A DNA stretch of 63,274 bases, filler included, from Octopus bimaculoides (taxonomy: Eukaryota), in the NCBI RefSeq assembly GCF_001194135.2. It is 4 parts of 3 records of this genome, joined end to end, with 100 filler letters (N's around TTAATTAATTAA, not from the genome) between each part and the next. Parts side by side here need not be neighbours in the genome. Positions count along the whole stretch, not along the records: positions 26,974 to 50,018 come from NC_068994.1; positions 50,119 to 60,179 come from NC_068997.1; 2 more parts are not named here. One strand, written 5' to 3'. Positions 39,044 to 50,153 of the stretch are shown here, piece by piece. Made by a program: the position numbers and the translations under genes. A model generated the notes under the pieces. That model made no database searches. It was not told where the DNA came from and saw only the letters and a list, made by a program, of their open reading frames with translations. Position 1 is the stretch's first letter, and every line of letters starts with the position of its first letter.

Positions 39044-39843
39044 GGATCTTTTTGGTTTGACGGGCAACGTTTTTCATTAATGTTTTATGTAGTGTTTTTG
39101 GTACCGAAACACTTTCAAACTTCGTATACTTGTATATTTTGTATTATAGAACAGATAAAAATTTTTGAATTCGAAGTTATTTCATGTAAAAAGTTGTCGT
39201 ATTTCGGTAATTTCAACCAATCACTGACGTCTGTTGAGGTGAAAACAATTACTGCCGTGGAATGTAAACAACGGTGTCATAGGATCTTTTCCCTTGAATA
39301 AAATTAGTGCCATTGTTTGTCAACAACAACTACCCGTGTTACTCTTATTTATGACATCGTTTGTGCGTTTGTACTGGTTTTAGCTTTAGGGTTAGGGTTC
39401 GGGTTTTAGAGTTAGGGTTAGTTTTAGGATTATGGTTAGGGTTATGATTATTTTTGCCATAACCTCACTCATAACCCTAACCCTAAAACTCATAACCATA
39501 ACCCTGACCCTAACCCTAACCCGAAAACCCTAACCCTAACCCTAAAACCCTAAACCCTTACTAGGGAATAATGATATAATTAAGCAAGGAATAACACTCT
39601 TGACACCAGTAAAAATTATTGTTTATAAAAAGAGCACTAACTGTATTCAGCTGAATAGACGTCAGTGATTGGTTGAAATTACACAAATACGACAACTTTA
39701 ACATGAAATAACTTATTAAGAACTAATTTTTGTTAAGAAGGCTAAGAGAAAAACATGTTATATATGACACATTCTACCAGTATCCCAAGTTTGAAAGTGT
39801 TTCGTTAAGAAAACAAGTGTTGCCCGTCAAACCAAAAGGATCC
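39044..39843. mobile_element. Foldback DNA element with central inverted TTAGGG/CCCTAA arrays and 8-bp TSD TAAATCTC
   Basis: TSD at 39036-39043 and 39844-39851; GGATC...GATCC termini; G-strand repeats ~39375-39445, C-strand repeats ~39455-39560. Confidence 0.92.
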
Positions 39844-40729
39844 TAAATCTCTTAAATTAACATAAACATTTATTTACGTGAAAGAAAATTACTGGAGACA
39901 TAACATGTGTTGTTTACAAATATTGACAACACGTGCTATTTTTCAGGATGTTGACAACAAAATGTGCAGTCACGCACAAAATAACAGCTTCCAAATCCTG
40001 TTTCCTGACTGGATAAAAACGATCAAACTTTAAACCTCTATGACTTCTTAAAAATATTTTTCTGGAAAAAATGAAATAACTCCAGCAATTCAGTTTGGTC
40101 AAGTGTATTATTGTGCCAAATTTTAAAATTTTCAGTAAACTTTAATTATGGGAGCCACTGGCAACCAAACTGAAAAGTTCTGATCAGTCTCTTTTGCCAA
40201 GAGAGAGAGAGTAAAAGTGGAAACAGCAAGGAAGTATGTTCAAAGGTTCTTTTTACTTTTTCTTTTAATTGAGCAGGATAAGTATTCTTATATTTGTTAC
40301 CTTAAGTGACTTTTTTTAAGAATATTACTGGTTTCAATGTATATGTTTATCTTATCAAATACTGAAAATTCAAAGTCAAGACTTAGAATAAGAATTAAAA
40401 ATTAGAAATTAAAACAGTCTGTTCTCATATTCTGTTCCTAGTTAAAAAACATGTTCGACAAGTGTGTGTCTGTCTATACACACACACACACACACACACA
40501 TATACATTATTATATAGTGCATTATACTGGAGTACTGACAATTCAGCATCTGTAATACATGTAATTTATTATTACATTATATGGGTGTTGGTTGTATATC
40601 TAAAACACATGCACATGCAACCTACAAACACAGCACTGAAGCACTGCTCTTCTTCCTAAGTATACCTCCATACAGTGAAATCTACAACACAATAGAAAAA
40701 AGGAAGAAGCAATTACCCTAATGCAGTGA

Positions 40730-42040
40730 TGGATATTGAATTACCTCAACGTTTATGCAAAACACACAATGGCGATAATTTCTTGGTGTATGAGTCAGTT
40801 GCAGATGATCCAGATAGGTTTTATTTATGTTTTGTTCTCCAGAAAATCTTAAGCTTCTGAAAGAGAATAAGCATTGGTGCGCAGATGGCACATTTAAAGT
40901 GGCACCTATTCTCTTCTTTCAAGTTAATGTTATACATGTAACAATTGAAGGCCATGCTTATCCAATGTTATATGCATTACTGCAGAATAAAAGTAAACTA
41001 ACATTCAAAAGAATGTTAGATACGCTTCTGTATTTGGACCTTGATATATGACCAGAAACACTATTGTGTGACTTTGAAAAGTCTTTCCATAAAGCTGTAA
41101 ATGAAGTTTTCTCTAACGCTTGTTTGGTCGGCTGTTTGTCTCATTTGGGACAAGTGTTTGGAGAAAAATCAGTAGCCTAAATTTCATTAACCTATATTTA
41201 CATAATGAAAACATACACTTAATTTGCAAGACACTAGTTGCATTGGCCTTCATTCTTACTGACGATGTTGTGACAGTCTTTGGAAAATTGCACGATGAAA
41301 TACTGGAAGATTTAGACAATCTTTTATTTGTTTCATTCATTTGACAGTGGCCATGCTGGAGCACCACCTTTAGTTAAACAAATCGACCCCAGGACTTATT
41401 CTTTGTAAGCCTAGTACTTATTCTATCGCTCTTTTGCCAAACCACTAAGTTACGGGGACATAAACACACTAACATCAATTGCCAAGCAATGGTGGGGGTA
41501 CATACACAGATACACATACACGCGCATGCACACACAAACACACACATATATATGATGGGCTTCTTTCAGTTTCTGTCAACCAAAACCACTCACAAGGCTT
41601 TGGTCGGCCCAAGGCCATAGTAGAAGACACTTGCCCAAGGTGTCACACAGTGGGACTGAACCCGGAACCATGTGGTTAGTAAGCAAGCTACTTACCACAC
41701 AGCCACTCCTGCACCTTGTTAACTATTTTGAAGATACATATATAGGATGCCCATCTCATCACAGAAGAAGAGATCCTCATTTCAAGCCAGAGCTAATGGA
41801 ATATATATGATCATATTGAAAGAAATTTCCCAAAAACCAATAATGCAGTAGAAGGATGGCATCGGGAATTCCAGACTTCACTTGGTCATAACCACCTGAC
41901 TATTTACAAATTCGCCGAATTTCCTCACCTAGAACAAGATCATACAAAAAAACTGATTAGGCTCAATGTTGGACAAGACACTATAAAGCATTTAAAGCAT
42001 GAATGAACATATTCCACCATAAAGAAAATAGTTTCAGAAT
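40730..42040 (+). pseudogene. MULE/Mutator transposase remnant interrupted by a SINE
   Basis: HWCADGTFKVAP..FQV..IH..YALL.NKS, CDFEKS, GCLSHLGQ, ALAF, YFEDTYIG, TNNAVEGWH. Confidence 0.9.
41324..41716 (-). mobile_element. SINE family A, full length, inside the MULE ORF
   Basis: Complete head-to-tail match to 45250-45650 in reverse. Confidence 0.92.
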
Positions 42041-42289
42041 ATCATACAGTTGACAAACTAGAATCTTTGTGAGCTATTAGTTAACCAATTAAACTCCATA
42101 AGTAGGAATTAAAGAATTTATTTAAGCATTTTTAATTCTTTTTGCTTTTTATTGTTACATGTTTTTAAATAAATATCTTTGATACACACAGATAAAGAAT
42201 ATAATTTAGCATTTTTAATTCTTTTTGTTTTTAAATAAATAATTGAAAGTTTTCCTCTTCTTTTTCATCCCCAAAATAACCTTTACCTA

Positions 42290-43640
42290 AGTTCAATAAG
42301 ATGACCTGCACTGAATTGTCTATGCATTGAATCATCTAGTGCTGAATTGTTGCTGATAAATTTACTGTGAGTAAAAGATCCCTCCCAAATGTGACCTCGG
42401 AAACAATAGAAGCTTCCGCAGAGAGAGTCTGTTGAGTTAAAACTGGGCATGAAGAAATTGTATAGCTTTTGGTGGAGATAAAACAAATACTAATTTTGGT
42501 GGACGTTTGCACATAGGCAAAAAGTCTATTCAAAATTCAAGGAAAGCATGAATGAATCAATGGATGGTGTTGGATGTCCAAACCCATATTCTGCACAATT
42601 CTGCTCATACTGCAGCCAATGTTCTTTCTGTTGATGTTGAAGTAATTGTTGTTATATTGTTTTCATGCTTTAATATTTATATTGTTCGATCTGAGAAGGT
42701 GAAAGATTTCAGCGAGTTTGTTGGTGTGCAGAATGCCTCAATTTTCTCACATTCTAAAACTCATTAGCTTTCTTTCATGAAAGCAGTTGAAAGAATCCTA
42801 AGATTATTTAAAGCACTGAAAAGGTTCTTTAATTCTGAAGAAAAAGACCCCCAAATCTTAGTAGAGGTCTTCAATAATCTGCTGAGTGAAGCCTACTTAT
42901 ATTTTGTTCACAGTTTTGAATATGTTTTTAGCAACAGGATTATGAAGACAGAATAGAGAGAAAATAGCATTATTGAAGTGCTTGGTTGTTTAAAAGAACT
43001 CGTTTCAGTTATAAAGAAAAGAATTAATGAAAAAGTTTATTCCTCTCAGTGTGACGGATTGCCTTAATAACAAAGGAGTCAAATCTAAAGAGAAAAAGAA
43101 ATTACTACTTCTTGAAGTGGATAACTACTACAGCACTTGCCATGATAATCTTGAGAAATGGGTTTCATCTTTTGAAAATTTTGATAACTTTACATGGATG
43201 TTATTAGATACAGTTCCAGCATGGGAACATGTAGAATCATCTTGTCTAGTGTTAAAGAACAAAGGTATAAAAAAACTGACAACATTCTTTTCTGTCAGTG
43301 GTCAACATTAAAAAAACTCCTTGCTAAAGAGATGCAGATCAAGCCTGATTAATGGAAGACCAAACTGTGCTATGAAAGATGGTTTACTAACCTTCAGTAG
43401 ATTGAATTTCAAGAACAATACTTCGAGTTGTTAATTTTGTGCCAGTTTTTATTTAGCATAGCAGTGCATAATGCAAATGTTGAGCATGTCTTCTCGATGA
43501 TGAATGTTCAGTGGACTGAAGAGTGAAATAAGTTGGATGTGGCTATTGTGAAAGCTATCTTACAATGTACATGGAACCTTAACTGTCAATGTAAAGAATT
43601 CTATAGGCATGTGTTAGAAAACAAGGACTTATTAGCAAAA
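42290..43640 (+). pseudogene. Second hAT-type transposase remnant (distinct lineage)
   Basis: TNTNFGG, GC.THILHN, AVERIL, and C-terminal dimerisation motif HNANVEHVFSMMNVQWTEE..L. Confidence 0.8.
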
Positions 43641-44989
43641 GCCAAATCATCAGGGTAAAGGTAAAAGTTCAAGTTTTAATTCTCGCACGGTCTGTTAAGA
43701 AACACAACTTTTTAGTCTATTTTCTATATTGTTTGCATCAAATAATAATTTTCTAAATTATTTCCTTTGCATTTTTCTATTGTCTCCATTGAATAAGAAT
43801 TTTGTAATTATTTCACTCTCTCAGTATTTTTTATTCACACTAAAAGATTTTTTTTCTATATTGTCTCTATTTGTCATTAAAAAAAAAAATTACAATGATT
43901 TCGATTTAACAGATTTTTTTTTCATTTCTCTATTTCTGTATGAAAGAAATATTTTCAAATTATTTCACTTTAACTGAATATATTTTATTTTTAGCTTGTA
44001 TTAAATAATTTTGAAATGATTTTACTTTTGTTTTTCTCATAACCCATTAAAATAATTTCTTTATGTTTTTAACTTACGCCTAGAGTTAGAGTTAAGGTTT
44101 AGAGTTGGAGTTAAGGGGTAGAAGAGTTTAGGATGGATGTTTAGAGTCAGTCTGACCAGTGGATGACCTGGAGTCATTCAACTAGTAACATATTTTTAGA
44201 GAAAATCTTTCTAAAATTTTTATGAAATAAGTGAATAACAGAATTACATCAATATACCCAATTTGTGACAGCAACAGAAAAGATCCATAAGTTTTTCTGT
44301 CAGATAAAATAATGGAAAACAAGCATTTGAACAGGCTAGTAAACAATCTAAAAAGGAAAAATCGACAAATTTTTTGCGAAAAATTACAAAAAACAAACCG
44401 TACATTATATTATAATAATAATTCAGTTCATGTAAACAATTAATACATTTTTTCAGAATATAGGTACTCATTAAAGAAAATATGTGAAGAAAATACACAT
44501 AGTGGTTGTAGTAGTTTTAAGCATACAACAACTTGGCTTGGGAACAGACACCAATATATCTGTGGCTTTGAATGGCAAAAATTACCCAAAATTTGCAAAC
44601 TTTAAAAGCTATTAACTTTTCATTTATTTATTTGTGGTAAAAATTAATTTCATTTTCATAATTAGCATATAAGGCTACATCAATACACCAAATTTGAAAT
44701 TAATTGGAACAAAATTGAATAAATTGAAAACTGAGACAACAATAGAAAAGAACCCTTATTTCAGTCATTAGACTGCAGCTATGCTAGGGGACTGCCTTGA
44801 AGGGTTTTTAGTTAAATGAATTGACCATAGCACTTTTTTCTTTTTGGAAGCCTGGTACTTATTCTATCAGTCTCATTTTGCCAAACCATTGCCGCAATGA
44901 AGGACAAACACAAACACACACACCTATCTCAATCCATCAGTACAGTATGACCTCTAATTTCTGCCTACAAATTTCATCAGTGGTGGAGG

Positions 44990-45720
44990 AATTCAAAGCC
45001 TCATATACAAGAGCAATCAGCATATTGCTCCAATCTGAGGAAGAGAGTCAGGAATACTAGCACGTCCATTGAAATTTCTCACCAGATAAAGAAACTAGAT
45101 ATCAAGACTTAGTCAATGAACCATTTGTCGAGAGATGGCATGCAGTCTCATTCCCTACTGAAGTTAGCTGTTGTGGCTTTCTTGCTACATATGTGCACTA
45201 TTTCCTATGGAAGATGAGTCTGAATCTCAGACAACTGAAGAACATCACAGGCGCAGGAGTGGCTGTGTGGTAAGTAGCTTGCTTACCAACCACATGGTTC
45301 CGGGTTCAGTCCCACTGTGTGGCACCTTGAGCAAGTGTCTTCTACTATAGCCTCGGACTGACCAAAGCCTTGTGAGTGGATTTGGTAGACAGAAACTGAA
45401 AGAAGCCCGTCGTATATATGTATATATATATGTTTGTGTGTCAGTATTTGTCCCCCCCCCCACCATCGCTTGACAACTGATGCTGGTGTGTTTATGTCCC
45501 CGTAACTTAGCGGTTCGGCAAAAAGAGACCAATAGAATAAGTACTAGGCTTACAAAGAATAAGTCGTGGGGTCGATTTGCTCGACTAAAGGTGGTGCTCC
45601 AGCATGGCAGCAGTCAAATGACTGAAACAAGTAAGAGTAAAAGAGTAAAGGAGATAAGCATGATAACTAAAACAAGCTCAAGATGGCTATGGTTGATAAG
45701 AGACCATAAGTGGAACCCTT
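44990..45720 (+). mobile_element. HERO/NeSL-like RLE LINE 3' end, split by a SINE
   Basis: KETRYQDLVNE..RWHAVSFPTEVSCCGFLA before the SINE and SSRWLWLIRDHKW after it (cf. KYxxL..GW..PVEVGCRGF..ASRWLW). Confidence 0.65.
45250..45650 (+). mobile_element. tRNA-derived SINE family A, full-length reference copy
   Basis: A box tggctgtgtgg, B box ggttcagtcc, ccttgagcaagt core, central (TA/TG)n, aagagtaa tail. Confidence 0.92.
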
Positions 45721-45832
45721 CCAGTTCTTGCTGCCTCACACAGGCAAAGCATTCAGACTAAAGAGCAAAATGCCTGCTGATGATACTGAAGGGCTTCAAA
45801 CATTGCAATGAACTTAGAAAAGCTAGCAGAAG

Positions 45833-46075
45833 CACTAGCATAGCTGGAGTGTGTGCCACCCAGGGCAGCCTTTCTATTTACTGTCCCAAGACCCACAAAA
45901 TACACATATTACCTAATGCAGACCCAAAAGTTGTGCATTTCCAGTAGTTTTTTTTTTATATCAGGAATTATCGCACACCATACTATTTCAATATAAGCTA
46001 TTCTGGCTTATAGCCTACAACAGGATGAAAAGTGCCACCCAGGATGGACTGCCCCACCCCCTATCTACACTAGTG
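45833..46075. mobile_element. Longer copy of the 37862-38020 hAT MITE
   Basis: TIR cactagcatag / ctacactagtg; TSD agcagaag / ggcagaag (7/8); shared cagcctacaacaggatgaaaagtgccaccca. Confidence 0.8.
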
Positions 46076-47689
46076 GGCAGAAGGTCTGAGTAGCTCCTGC
46101 AGTTTCTGCATGGGCAACAGCATCTGATTTTTTAAATTTCATTTGCTTATTTCACCCACCAATTACTGTGCTTGAGAAGACCCAGCAAGTCAAGTGAGAC
46201 CATAACCGTTGCCTATGCCAGTGCAGCATAACCAGATCATTTAAATTTACTAAAACCATTAAATGGTTAACTACTTTTTGAAGTTTGACATTCATGCTGG
46301 TAATCACAGTCCGGGTCATATTTTACTGCATCTAATGCTGACGACAACATCATAATTCATCCTTGCACATGTAAACTCAATAAGTGAGTATGACTTAGCA
46401 TTCCTACAGAAACCTTCATTTACCTTAAACGATGTTTAATGTCGTTTCACATTCATGTTGAATTATGCAGCAATCTTATGTTCTCTTCATAGAACACTTG
46501 TAATGTATGTATTACCAGTTCTTTTGGTACAGTAGATTTTTGCTATTCTTGTTTATGTCTCCTCACAGATGTGTATATTCTAACAAGTCACTTCTTAAAT
46601 TGTGTACCTCTCTTGTTCAATAAACACCAAGTTAAACTTACTAAGCTGTTTACTTTCTCCTTTCAGTTTTTAATGTTTATTTTAGCAGGTTACCAAACTA
46701 TCAGTTTGGTCTCCCAGCTAAAACAGCAATGACAAATTTTTAAACTTTGCTCGACATGTTATAAGTATGAAGGGGATTAAAATTTTGATACTCTGTATCA
46801 AAGGTTCCGACAAGAATAGGTGGGAAATGAGAACTTGAGACAAGAAGACACTATTGACCAATCAGAATTCTGTTTACATAATCAGTTTGATCAGTTACCT
46901 TCCTGTCGGTTGAGTAATGTGCCATCCAAGCTGATGTTTATTGGTAATTAAACTTATTTTGAAACACTTGTTCATATTTATCAGCTTTGTTTTTGTTGCT
47001 AAGAATTATCAACAGCATTTCCTGTGATCGTGATTTTGAGAAGACATACAGAAGTATGCTAAAGATTGAACATAATCTCTTGTGGGCAAGAAATGTAAAA
47101 TAAAGTTTATTATAAACAACACAAACACTTTGTAATTTAATAGCTTTCAATGTGATACCTGTTAAACAGAAATTATTTTAATTTAATGAAAATTAAATAA
47201 AATCTAATCATCAGTAAGTGAAATTATGCTAAATACAACTGAATTGAAAACCTTTTCCCCTGGCCATATCAGCAATTCTGAAAACTTTTGGGTGCAAATT
47301 TTATACAGGTAGAAGCGTTTTTTAACAATTTTTATCCTGAAAATCACCTGCATAAATTACACAGGTGTGCAAATTACAAGGGTTTTTAAGGTATATCCTT
47401 CAGTAAAATCTTTCTAGTGCATGTTTATAAAAGACCTTTGCAATTTTTAAGCCATATGAAGCTGTCTGAATAAACTATAAGGCATTTTACTGGGGTGATA
47501 GCCTTAAAATTATCATCAATGAATTCCAGTTAATGAATGAAAGCAGATAGATCCAATATTTGGAGTGAAATATGAATCTGATGAAATCTTGCTTTGATAT
47601 CAAATACGAGGGAGTACCCCAAAATAATTGGAAACATTCTCTGTAGGACAAGCCCACAATAGTTCTGACTTCTGCCACTAGAAGCCACT

Positions 47690-47892
47690 TGAAGCCAGAG
47701 TGAATCAGAGAAGGTCTTTGACTCATTTACAGAAAATTACTTCCAGGCCAGATTCCAAAAGTGGCAGGAATGTTGAAACTGGTGTATTGCTGTGCTAGGT
47801 GACTATTTCAAAGGAACTGATGCTAAAACTTAAGTAGATAACTTATTTTTTATTAAACATAATTAGTCCAGGAACTTTTTGACACCACCTCA
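47690..47892 (+). mobile_element. Mariner 3' fragment plus TIR, same family as 11604-12438
   Basis: ENYFQARFQKWQEC..CIAVLGDYFKG; TIR attagtccaggaactttttgacaccacctca followed by TA. Confidence 0.8.
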
Positions 47893-49009
47893 TAGCAGCC
47901 ACTACAGAAAATTTCTGTGGTATGTTGCAGGCAGCTGGTGAGTGTAAGGGTGTTGTGAATGATAATAGTTAGGAGTATTACAGATAAGACTGGGCATAGT
48001 AAAAGTATAATATAGTTGAGGTTAGATTTGAGTTTGTGGCATGCTTAAAGCTGTAGTATCTGAAACTAGGTATTATAAAGTAACTATATTTAAGAGACTA
48101 AAGTCTCTTCTCTACAGATATGTCACCAATGAAGCTATGTTTGCTGTTTACATTAGTGAGAGGTGGTTGAGTAACATTTACAACAAACATAATTGCAAGT
48201 AGAGTTGTCAGTGTTTGTTGCTTGCCAGTAATGGCAGTATTGGAGAAAGTAAACAAAACTTTAGAATTTGGTTGAATATATTCTTACTTACAGTTACATT
48301 CAGAACTCTTTTTTTTTGTTCAAGTTAAGATATACCTTTGCTTCATACCATTCACATGTACAACAGCCACCACTTTTCAGCTCTCTACAATTTTCCAAAG
48401 ATACCACTCACCTGAAGATACAGCCTTAGGTAATTGTAACCAACTTAGCATTTTTTTTATCATATTCTTTCAGAAATATTTCAACAAGTCTTGTATTTTG
48501 GGGTATTTCTTGAATATAAGTACTATATGTTTAGGTAATCGATTACATTATTACTTGAAAATTTTACAATATTAATTTATTGCCATTTTGTGTGTCACAC
48601 TGAATCTCATCTTTGGTGCCATTATGAATCTGGTATTTGTTCAATTCAAATAACACAAGTAAAGCCACCGTTGTGTAAAGTGGTTCTTCACTTCTAATGT
48701 CTTATTCAACAGATTAACCCAAGCTTTCACATCAAACTGTAACCATGTTTTAACATAGTATTGATCACATGATCATCAGAATGAATCAGATAACAGCAAA
48801 TATGATAAAATGCAACCAATAACCTACAACGAATACCACACTTATGAACCAGGATTATTTGGCCTTTTCATAATCTATTTCATCGACTTTGGTAATGCCT
48901 TTGACAGAATCCACAAAGTTACATTCAAAACAAATCTCATTTCATGTTGAACATCAACTAAACTGGTTACTGTTTTCGAAAAGATTTACAAGAACTTAAG
49001 TTGGTATGC

Positions 49010-49270
49010 CATCATCATCATTTAAAGTCCGCTCTTTCATGCTGGCAAGGATCAGGTACAATTTGATAAATTTCCTACAGCCAGATGCTCTTCATGACAC
49101 CAAGCCTCGCTTGTTTTCAAGCAGGGTAATATTTTCTCATTGCTAGATGCATTTTTCATGGAAGACTGGAAACAAACGTCAATTGTATGACAGTGATGCT
49201 CATTTATAAACATCATATGGTGTCCAGACAAAGCTACACACACACACACACATCATCATCATCATCACAT
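49010..49270 (-). mobile_element. RTE-tailed SINE/LINE 3' fragment
   Basis: catcatcatcatttaaagtccgctctttcatgctggc is the reverse of the ccatgctagcatggaaagc tail at ~50000. Confidence 0.55.
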
Positions 49271-49279
49271 CCATATTTA

Positions 49280-49500
49280 TTGTTTACTTGTTTCAGTCCT
49301 TGGGCTGCAGCCATACTAGAGCACAGCCTTGAAGGGTCTGGTTGAACAAATCAACCCCAGTAGAGTTTTTTGTTTTTGTTTTTTAAGTCCAGGTACTTAT
49401 TCTAACACTCTTTTGCCAAACCACTCAGTTACAAGGAAGTAAACAAGCACCAGCTGTCAAACGGTGGTGGGGGACAAACGCAAAGACACATAAAAACATA
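49280..49500 (-). mobile_element. SINE family A 3' fragment
   Basis: tttacttgtttcagtccttgggctgcagccatactagagc...ttgccaaaccactcagttac. Confidence 0.8.
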
Positions 49501-49511
49501 TATATATATAT

Positions 49512-50018
49512 AAGGTGTGTTTCTGCTTGCAAAGACCTGTTGGGGCAAGTGAAATCGAAATTGTAATTGAACCATATTCGATGACCGGCACCTGTGCCAG
49601 TGGAGCACTAACAGTACCATCCGAGCGTGATCACTGCCAGAGCAGCTGTCTGGCTTCTGTGCTAGTGGCACGTAAATAGCACCATTTGAGTGTGATCGTT
49701 ACCAGCGTCGCCTACTGGCACTTGTGCCGGTAGCATGTTAGAAAATCATTCGATCGAGGTTGTTGCCAGTGCCGCTGGACTGGCTCCTGTGCAGGTGGCA
49801 CGTAAAAAACACCATGTTGAGTGTGGCTGTTGCCAGTACCGCATGACTAGCCCTCATGCCGGTGGCACGTAAAAGCACCCACTATACTCTCGGAGTGGTT
49901 GGCATTAGGAAAGGCATCCAGCTGTAGAAACTCTGCCAAATCAGACTGGAGCCTGGTGTTGCCATCCGGTTTCACCAGTCCTCAGTCAAATCGTCCAACC
50001 CATGCTAGCATGGAAAGC
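49512..50018 (+). mobile_element. SINE-like element (family E) with an internal 65-bp tandem array
   Basis: Units start at 49596, 49661, 49726, 49791 and 49858; 3' end ggcatccagctgtagaaac...aacccatgctagcatggaaagc runs into a gap. Confidence 0.85.
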
Positions 50019-50118
50019 NNNNNNNNNNNNNNNNNNNNNNNNNNNNNNNNNNNNNNNNNNNNTTAATTAATTAANNNNNNNNNNNNNNNNNNNNNNNNNN
50101 NNNNNNNNNNNNNNNNNN

Positions 50119-50153
<35 letters not shown>

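Larger units (their letters stand above)
38593..44718. repeat. Pair of ~165-bp diverged inverted repeats (38593-38757 and 44553-44718)
   Basis: The reverse complement of 44553-44718 aligns collinearly with 38593-38757 (tcaattttg...aaagtttg.aaa.ttgggtaa.tt.gcca.tc..agccacaga). Confidence 0.7.

Noticed and set aside
39375-39560. Head-to-head TTAGGG/CCCTAA as a chromosome-fusion scar
   Set aside because: The arrays are short, degenerate and enclosed by TIRs with an 8-bp TSD, so they are transposon-internal
45250-45325. tRNA-like heads here and at 22624, 26397, 35724, 57380 and 5506
   Set aside because: A/B boxes continue directly into SINE bodies; no complete cloverleaf seen, so not tRNA genes
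46310-46740. Plus-strand exon candidates (IIIHPCTCK with GTGAGT donor; acceptors at ~46568 and ~46688)
   Set aside because: Weak upstream acceptor, all spliced products stop within 20 codons and no recognisable domain
49596-49900. Regularly spaced repeats resembling a CRISPR array
   Set aside because: Contiguous diverged tandem units without unique spacers, inside a eukaryotic SINE; no cas genes
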